Below the pieces are notes generated by a model, which made no database searches, had not been told where the DNA came from, and worked only from the letters and a program-made list of their open reading frames with translations. Shown piece by piece: positions 55,021-64,000 of a stretch of DNA of 64,000 nucleotides. Origin of the DNA: Octopus sinensis (lineage: Eukaryota). Position numbers and translations under genes: made by a program. The stretch's first letter is position 1; every line of letters begins with the position of its first letter. The stretch covers positions 46,748,001-46,812,000 of the forward strand of contig NC_043000.1 of the NCBI RefSeq assembly GCF_006345805.1, given 5' to 3'.

Positions 55021-56173
55021 TGTGTGTATATGTGTGTGCATGAATATGTGTTTGTGCATGGGTCTGATCAGGCGGGTGAGTTTGCATTTTCTTCAGTGTT
55101 ACACATGTCTTCTCATTGTACTCAATAGCCTTGCTGTCGTGGGTCAATTGTTTGAAGTCTGCTGTGAAAATATGTTTGGGTTTCTTGGCATAATTTAACA
55201 TGTTGCATGATCTTTGTAAATGCAAAACTTATTCAGACAATGCCATTTCTGTCCAGTTCTCAGCATGAAGATGTTCAGACTACTTGTTATTCAACAGATT
55301 GAGAGATTTTTATCTCACTTGAAGACAAGTGGGAACTAGCAACAGGAAGGGTTTCCAGCTAAAGAAAATTCTGTCCCAAAGCTATCTCATCTGAACCATG
55401 CGAGTAAGGAAAAGCAAAACATTAAAACTATGATAATAATGATGATGGTGATGATGGTGATGATGGTAGTGGCAGTGGTAATATTGTTACTGTTGTTGAT
55501 ATTGGTGTTGGTGGTGGTGTTAGTATTTGGTACCAGGTTGAACTAAACTGAATAAGTCTATGACCAAAGATTTGCATCTCAAGACAATATTTTTAGGAAT
55601 AGTGTTACAAAAGTTGTGATTTAATAAATTTGATTTCCTTCTCTGGAGTTAAATCAAACCTAAAATGTTTTTCATTAAATACATAAAAATTTTTTCAATA
55701 ACAATATTGAAATTGCTTAATGCATGATTGATGACAGATGAATAATTCTGTGTAAAATTTGCCTTAACGATTTAATTAAGGAAAAATGATATTATTGTTG
55801 TTTAACTTCAAATAAGCACCTCATTTAGCAGATTTATGATCAAAGACATTTTGTCCTTAACTATCACACCTTGTTTTATCTCTGTTTTATCTGTAGACTA
55901 CCTTATCTAATAGTTTCTGTATATTTTTCAATATTAAATAGCTTAGCTAAATGAGAAAAGTCTAGTTCTGCAGAGAAAAGAGGCTGTATCGACTAGGTTC
56001 TCTGTTACCTGTGTCCTTGTACATGTTACCTGTAGATATTCCTTAGTATATGTATTTTTCACTGTCTATGGCGCTCAGTCTCTATGAAAGCACTTGCATA
56101 AATATTTTAAATGAAAATAAAAGGAACAAGGTTAGAAATTTCTCCATATCTATCTATCTATCTTATCTGTCTG

Positions 56174-56216
<43 letters not shown>

Positions 56217-56304
56217 GTCTGTCTGTCTGTCTGTCTTCTGTCTATCTGTCTACCTACCTATTTATGTATGTATCTATCTATCAGTCTATCTATCAGTCTG
56301 CTTG

Positions 56305-56371
<67 letters not shown>

Positions 56372-56419
56372 TTATCTATCTATCTGTCTGTCTGTCTATC
56401 TATCTACCTGTCTATCTGC

Positions 56420-56529
<110 letters not shown>

Positions 56530-57511
56530 GTACGACGACGAGCTCGGGGCGAACCTGGACGTCGACGAGGAGTACCTGACCCACCTGTTCAGGACGACTT
56601 TCGGGCCAGGGCCCATGGACAACTTCCAGAGATCCCTGGCCTGGCAGTGCTACCGAGAAGCGCTACCCGTTCGGGATAAGCTCTACAGACACGGCTCGAG
56701 AAACACGGGGCCGACCTGCCCGAGATGCGGTCAGAGCGACGAAACTGTTCTGCACGCACTCGTGCAGTGTCCAACAATTTCCGACCTGTGGGCTTGTGTC
56801 GAACAACTGCTGTCACGTGTGGGACGAGTCGGTTTATCAGCTGAGTCTATCGTCAATATTGTCACGCCTCCCTCCTTCAAACGGGAAGGAAGAGCTATTT
56901 TCATCATCCTTGTGGCTATGGCGAAAGAATGTATCTGGTGGACGAGTCTGAAAGGATTGGAGACAAACACTTTCCTCTCTGGTCAATCTCTCATCAACTT
57001 CTTCAAGTACCACTTGAAAAGGAAAGTGAGAGTAGAGAGGCAAGTTTTGTCTAGCGAATGTTTTAAAAAAAGATGGGTGAATGTAGCAAGAATGGCACGT
57101 ATGAATGACAAAGCCACCTTGAGCATGATCCTATGAACCCAGAAATTGAAAACAGAGAGTTGCTTATTTGCAAAAAAAAAAAAAAGAAATATAACATGTG
57201 ACTCCATTGACCGAGGTTACCGTGGTCTTTTCCGTAGGCTTTTCTTTCCACGGGTAAACCTCACCTGTCCTCCCCTTTACACTTCATATTGACATTTCTG
57301 TGATAACGATCCCTATTGATCAATTTTTTTTTTTCCTCTCCCCCTTTTTTTTTAACCCCCCATTTTTTTGTCCTCTTTCTCTCCTTTTACGATCCCTTTT
57401 GATCGAAACTCCCCCTTCCTTTTTTTTTTTTTTTTAAACCTTCAAAAGAAAAGCTCTACCTTGTAATTTGTTCTATCTGTGTGCAGCCCTGTGCGGCTAA
57501 TAAAGAAACAT
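56530..57511 (+). mobile_element. 5'-truncated L1/Tx1-clade LINE: open ORF2 C-terminus with CCHC zinc knuckle, plus 3' UTR
   Basis: [17 protein letters not shown]...[20 protein letters not shown] (zf-RVT, C-x2-C-x8-H-x4-C) is open to a stop at 57136. It is followed by a pyrimidine-rich 3' UTR and AATAAA, and flanked on both sides by (TCTA)n. Confidence 0.9.
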
Positions 57512-57527
57512 ATCTATCTATCTATCT

Positions 57528-58023
57528 GTTTGAAAGGACTGCAAACAAACACCTTCCTCTCTGGTCAGTCTCTCGTCAGTCTCTCGTCAACTTTTCCAAG
57601 TACCACTTGAAAAGGAGGATGAGAATATAGATGAAGGCTTTGTCGAACGAATGTTTTAATAAAAAGTGGGTAAAAGTGGCAAAAATGGTCAGTATGAAAG
57701 ACGACACTATTTTAAGCGTAAATCTGTAACCAAAAGAGACGAGAGGTAAGGTGACTTACTCATGTGTTCATTTTCGAACTGTCTGAGGTGACCTTGGTCT
57801 TTTTTGTAGGTTTTTCTTTCCAGGGCTACACCTAAACTGTGAAATTTATTTATATATATATATGTTATATTTTTACACACCACACAACCCACAGATCCCT
57901 ATTGATCAAACGATTTTTTTCTTTGTGTCCCACCCATCCCACCTCGAAAAGAAAAAAACTCTACATTGTATTTCGTCCATTTTTATTCTGTGTTTAGCCC
58001 TGTGTGGCCACAATAAAAAAGTT
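57528..58023 (+). mobile_element. Second, more diverged 5'-truncated Tx1-like copy
   Basis: TTGAAAGGACTGCAAACAAACACCTTCCTCTCTGGTCAG...AAGTACCACTTGAAAAGG parallels 56948-57025. It ends AATAAAAAAGTT followed by (ATCT)n. Confidence 0.85.
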
Positions 58024-58049
58024 ATCTATCTATCTATCTATCTATCTGC

Positions 58050-58185
<136 letters not shown>

Positions 58186-58478
58186 GTCTATCTATCTGTC
58201 TATCTAAATTACTCTACAGAATACATGCACTCCAGAACAAAGCCCATGGAATTACCCAATGAAAGAAGGTACCAGGGCCTAACAACTCATTGTTAGTTCA
58301 AGTACTACATATGGACCATTGTCGTTAGCTGGCATGGCTTGGACTGTTTGGCTGGAACTGGCAAAGCCAGGAGCTGCACCAGGTTCAATAGTCTGTTCTA
58401 ATTTGGTTTCTACAGCCTGGATGCCCTTCCTAACACAATATATATATATGTATGTATGTTGTATGTATGTATGTATGA

Positions 58479-58510
<32 letters not shown>

Positions 58511-58803
58511 TATATATATACATATATACATGTGCATGAGTATATATCTATACTGAACCGCTGCATCATGCACTTTAGACATATAGCATGAACGAACTCA
58601 CTTCAAACTATATATATGAACTCTATGATGTCTGACACCGTTGTGTATTATAAATGAATTTCTTGTGATTGATAGCATGAACTATCTTTTTTTATATATA
58701 ACTTTTTTTGATAAGGTTCATTTCAGGAACTGAAACATGTTATAATGTATATATAAAAATTAAAAATTGTATAATATAGCAGCATTTTCGAACTTCATTT
58801 TTT

Positions 58804-58838
<35 letters not shown>

Positions 58839-59471
58839 CATATATGTGTGAATATATTTATATACACACATGTATATATATACATACATGTAAATATACC
58901 TATATATATCATTATCACCATCATTTAACAGCCATTGTCCATGCTGGTATGGGTTGGACGGTTTGACAAGGGCTAGCATGCTGGAGGACTGCACCAGACT
59001 CCAGTCTTATTTGGCATAGTTTCTATGCTTGAATGCCCTTCCTAATGCCAACCACTCAGAGAGTGTAATGGGTGCCTTTACATGCCACTGGCACAGGTGC
59101 TTTTTGCATGACACTGGTATCTGCCATGACTGTGATTTTACTTAGCTTGATGGTTCTTCTTCTCAGGCACAATCTAATGCCAAATGTCTCAGTCATTCAT
59201 CATTGCTTCCATGAGGCCCAATATTCGAAAAGCGCTTTTTTTATGTGTCACCAGCATTGGCCACATCAAGATCCAATGCTTAAAAGGTGCTTTTTTATGT
59301 GCCACCAGTATGGGTGCCAGTTACATGACACCAACATTGGCCATAACTAGGCTTTCATCCTCTGGCCTTGCCAGTTCCAGTCAAACAGACTAACCCATGA
59401 CAGCTTGGAAAATGGACATTAAATATTCATGATAATGTTAGTTTATATATATGTGTATATATATATATATA

Positions 59472-59728
59472 TATAATCAAAATAAGCAACAAGAATGATT
59501 CCGGTAATTTGGTACAATCGTTTCGTATTACAACAGTTTTAAAAATGCTGAGCACTCGTAATACTTACAGCATTTAATAAAATGATGTACCAAATTACCG
59601 GAGTCATTCTTGTTGCTTATTTTGATTATAATCACCCCACGGATTTTTATGGATAACACCATACAGAATTCTGGTGCATCTAAATTAAGTACCATATTCA
59701 TTTGAATCTAAAGTTTTGCTGAACCTAT

Positions 59729-59750
<22 letters not shown>
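59472..59750 (-). mobile_element. (TA)n-embedded hairpin element carrying a degenerate type III hammerhead
   Basis: A 45-bp IR (59472-59516 and 59586-59630, 1 mismatch) encloses, on the minus strand, CATTT/AAATG stem I, CTGTAA, GTATTAC/GTAATAC stem II and GAAAC. Confidence 0.65.
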
Positions 59751-59765
<15 letters not shown>

Positions 59766-60042
59766 TCAGTTAGAGGTTGAAATAGCCTCATTAAAGGATA
59801 TTAATATCCAATGAATTACTGGTTCATTGACTAGTATTTTTTGTGAATAGTAATATTCCTAAAATAATAGGTCTAAATATAAATCTTGATTTATAAATAT
59901 TCAAAAGAAAACTTAGAAAATAGCGATATAGCATAAATATAATTTATTATCTGCAAAAATCTAACATATTCTCTTACGGCCTAAAAGATTAAATTACAAT
60001 AATTAAATCATTATATTTGGCAAAATCACATAAGAGGGTCAG

Positions 60043-60139
60043 AAAAGATATACGATTTGGTTATTAGGTGCTGTATTTTTGAATCATCTCAACAGACTGC
60101 TGACATAATAGCACCTAATAACCTAATGGTATATCTTTT
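60043..60139 (-). ncRNA. Degenerate type III hammerhead-like motif in an inverted repeat
   Basis: Minus strand reads GGTTATTAGGTGCT ATTATGTC AGCAGT CTGTTGA GA-TGAT-TC AAAAATAC AGCACCTAATAACC. Confidence 0.45.
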
Positions 60140-60436
60140 TCACTCCTTGATGAGATTTTGTCTAATATAATTATTTAGTTATTGTAATTTAATCTTTTAG
60201 GCTAAATTGAAACAGCTGTAAGAGAAAATGTTGAATTTTTGCAGATAAGTTATATGAATGCTATATCTCCATTTCCTAGATTTTATTTTATATATTTATA
60301 TATATATACATATATAACCAAGAAAAAAGCAACAAGAATGGATTAGTAGTTTAGTACAATTGTTTCATACTAAGAACAATTTTATTTGAAGCTGCAAATA
60401 TTGCAGCAAATACAAATATCCAGTTTTTGCTGAATT

Positions 60437-60478
<42 letters not shown>

Positions 60479-61149
60479 TGTATACACACACACATACTTG
60501 CATGTATGTGTGTGGACATCCATTTCTGTGTATGTATGAATGCTTGCATATATGCGTGTTTGTATAAGCAACTGAATTATCATTATCATTATAATGACAT
60601 CAGCAAAATGGTAATTAAGAAAAGCTGCATGAAAAACAAATCCATTTCTAATTTATCCTAAAATTACCCGTTGATTATGGAACCTTCTAGATACACTGGA
60701 AAAACAGTGCAGAGTACTCCAGATATTTTCAAGATAATTTGGCAAGTCATAAAAGGACACCAAACTAACTTAATGTTATACAGCATGCTTCAAATTTTAG
60801 CTTCCTCATTACTTTTAGACATTCCAGCAGTTTCAACATAGCAGTTTCCAATGAGATGAAGAAATTGAATGGTTACTGTGCTTGCAGTCTTTACTGTAAC
60901 CACATTGACTCAGAAATGCCAGTTTCTTGAAATATCTGAGATCTTTATGTCCAGTGTGGGCAAGTACTGATGGTCTTTTGCAGTGATGTGTAATCCATCA
61001 GTCAGATGTCATTAGTGCTGCCATGTTCATCAAACAATCAAACACATTATCAGTAAGAACTCCAGGTGGATGATGGTCATCTCTGAGCAACTCAAGGCAA
61101 CAGAGTCTACTATCAAATATATGGTTCATAAGAAAATCAAGTACAATTT

Positions 61150-61350
61150 GCATGTGATGAGGAGAGGTGTGTTAATGTTTGGTAAGCCCTAGGAGAAATC
61201 TTTTCTTGTGCCTCCAACATCATGTGACCTCCTACCTCTATTGATTTTAGCCCTCAGAACTGCTACATCAAGAGAATTGTTGGAGTGGGGAAATGTTCAG
61301 AGGAGGCTGCTGAGATTGGTGAAATTGGCAAGGGTCAACAAATCCTGACA
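61150..61350 (+). pseudogene. Very decayed CR1/L2-like LINE fragment
   Basis: GNVQRRLLRLVKL resembles LExVQRRATRLV. There is little other support. Confidence 0.3.
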
Positions 61351-62306
61351 TGCAGTCGCTTTTGTGGTCTCATCAGGATTATTATTGGAGTTAAGAAAAT
61401 GTTTGTTGAATGACATCTTTTTGTTTTTTGTTTTGATGTAACTATTTGAAAGTTTGTGACATTAACCTGGGAGTATGTTGTTGTTTTCCTATTTGGTATC
61501 TTAGTTACTTTTTCCTTTGTGTTTTTTTTCCTTGGTTTTCTGGTGCATCCTATATATAAATACTGAAAAATATTGTAGAAATTATGAGAAAGAAAAATTC
61601 CAGACATTGTGAACTATGAGAACAGAGAAACACATTAGGCGGCTCCCATCAGAATAAAATTGAACAAATCCCAGTATAACAGAAGCAAACAATAACACTA
61701 CTGAAATGTTTGCAATATACATACTCTTTTATAAGTTTTAGTCATTGGGTTGCAAATAAGCTGGGTTACCATTTTCAAAGAAGTTAATCAATTATATCAA
61801 TCTTAGTAAGCTATCTTGTAAGGGATATAAAGTGGGCCAGATGAAAAGAACACAACTCAGAGAAAATTTGATATTTTTTCACACTGCACCCATTTAACAC
61901 ACATGCACACACATACATGTGCACGCATGCACATGTGCACATGCTCTCTCTCTCTCTGTCTCTCACACACACACACAACACACACACACACACAAATATC
62001 TGTGTTTTCCATATAATTTCTACCAGCCAAATTTCACTCAATAGTCAAATCAAACTTTTAATATAAATTCAAAGTCAGTACAAATTTTAAAACAAGAAGC
62101 AAAATATAAGGTGCTATTTTGGGGCTTGTAACATATATCTTGCATGTTGGTTGGTCCCTTGAATGTATGTATATAGCTACATGTGTATTTACACTCACAT
62201 ATATGTTTGCATATATAATTTCTTTATGTAGAAACTGCATTTGGCACAAATTGATAGAAATTTTAAATAGATGCAACTGTATGCATATGTAATATTACAC
62301 ACGCAC

Positions 62307-62361
<55 letters not shown>

Positions 62362-63299
62362 CACACACTTGAATATACTAACAAAATATATTTGGCGTAT
62401 TTTTTTAATGACATACAAAATTAATTTAATGAACGTTTTTGATCCATATCAAAGTTCTTTAATTGAAAGGCATATTTTTTTTAATTACACTTTTAATGAA
62501 CCATATATTTATATATGTATTTACAAATAACAGGAAACTGTGTAATGAAACATTACTGTTTTTAATAAAGCATTTATTATTTATTATTTCTAAACTTTGG
62601 AAAGAAATCTTTATTATTTTAAAAATTCTAATTAAGTATTAACGTTCTGTAAATATTCATCAAGTGTACTGAATTCAAAATTTCAAATTAAATTACTCAC
62701 CCTCCACCCCCAAAACCTCTATGGCTCAGGTAGCTAAAATCATTTTTAAAAATAAGAAATTTAAATTAAATAATATTAAATTTAAGATTTTTAAAATACT
62801 TCTTGTGAATGTGTAGTACTTTCTACTTCTCAAGTTAAATTGAGTTGCCTGTGTGAATTAATGAAAAAATTGCTTGCATTTTCCCAATCAGATAATTTGC
62901 TTAAATGCAATTAAGATATATTTAAGTATTTGAGTAACATTTTTTGTTATTATTTTAAAAAATTTTATTACTCTTGTAGAACGAACATGCCAAATATTAC
63001 TTAGAAATCATGTATCTCTACATAGGTTCAAAACTCTTGGAGCAATGCTATCGTCATTGTTGCTGTTGTAGTCGGAATAGAAGTTCCAGTGGCATGGATT
63101 TGTTTAAGGGGGACATCAACATGCCAGGAAGAGACCCACATGTTTGATTTCATAAACGTTCTCTGCTTCTGCAACACATATAGAATGGGACATGTAGGAT
63201 CATCATCATCATCATTTAACGTTCACTTTCCATGCTGGCATGGGTTGGATGGTTTGACTAAAAGCTGGTAAGCTGGAGAGCTGCACCAGGTTCTAATCT

Positions 63300-63625
63300 C
63301 ATCCAGTTATGGAACGGCATTGGACTGCAATGGACCGCCACTGACCCAGTGGTAGTTTTGAGTGGTGTCTTCTGTATCATGTCTGTCATGCATAGTCCTC
63401 TTCATCCACCGGTTCAGGCTTTTTGAGATCTGTTTTAGTCATCATCTGCATGTTCCACCATTGGAAACTTTGTGAGTTGGTCGTACTTAGTTTGGGTTCT
63501 TGCCTTTGACCTTGCTGCCAAGGGTGACCTTACAGAGCAGTTCAGAACTCTCAATGACATCGCTCTCAGAGTCATTGCTCCATGCAAGCCCCTCCACCAT
63601 GACATAGATTGACCATCAGAAGGGT
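63300..63625 (-). mobile_element. Probable RTE-like LINE 5' UTR remnant
   Basis: The minus-strand GTCATGGTGGAGGGGCTTGCAT...CAATGACTCTGAGAGCGATG...AAGGTCACCCTTGG...AAGGTCAAAGG resembles the 5' ends of RTE/Expander-type elements. This is from recall and was not searched. Confidence 0.45.
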
Positions 63626-64000
63626 AGTAATATTATATTACAGAATTATGTATCAATATTATCAAACTTTCTGGCATTCCAGTCAAAGTTTGCAAATCAA
63701 AATTTGCAGCTGTAAAAGGTAGGTCGGATTATATAAGACAACTTTGGAGGAAGAAAAATTTCCTGTGAAATGCAGCAGAATTAGAAAAGATAGAGACAAA
63801 GTTTGAACGTTTACATTACATGCTTATGAGATTTACTATGTTGGCTTGAAAGCTAGAAAATAGAGTATATCATTAAAAAAATTATAAACATTAAGATGAT
63901 GATAAGCTTGTTGTTGTTTAGACTCTGATTAAGCTTAGCTGAGCCAACATATGTTCAAAGGCATTCCAGCTGTGGCCAGTTGGGTTAAGAAATTATGTAT

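Noticed and set aside
61345-61385. Minus-strand CTGATGA-GACCAC-AAAA…GTC-AGGATT
   Set aside because: GAAA is absent, stem III does not pair, and stem I is out of register.

Overview
AT-rich eukaryotic genomic DNA packed with microsatellites. It is most likely an intronic or intergenic stretch of an octopod cephalopod genome; this is inferred from the repeat landscape and recalled repeat families, and no search was run. I found no host protein-coding exon that I can name, and most ORF-track entries are microsatellite read-throughs. The window is a graveyard of transposable elements: a decayed Helitron Rep/PIF1 helicase (13.4-15.7 kb, minus), a Penelope-like retroelement (RT plus GIY-YIG) with an in-frame Ulp1/SUMO-protease-like N-terminal domain set inside an (AAT)n tract (16.2-19.0 kb), a full-length dead mariner, a Tc1/mariner fragment, CR1-, RTE- and Tx1-type LINE fragments, MITE and foldback elements, an intact-ended non-autonomous Helitron, and at least three SINE-like families. 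The signal the ORF track misses is a set of hammerhead ribozyme (HHR) motifs of two topologies: type I at 22.2, 22.6 and 18.96 kb, and type III at 5.0, 59.5, 60.1 and possibly 60.4 kb. Most lie in short non-coding repeats embedded in (TA)n. One type I copy (22.2 kb, minus) keeps a complete catalytic core. This suggests a diverse, ribozyme-bearing, non-autonomous retroelement system (pLTR or retrozyme-like) that may be mobilised by Penelope-like elements. All folds were made by eye.
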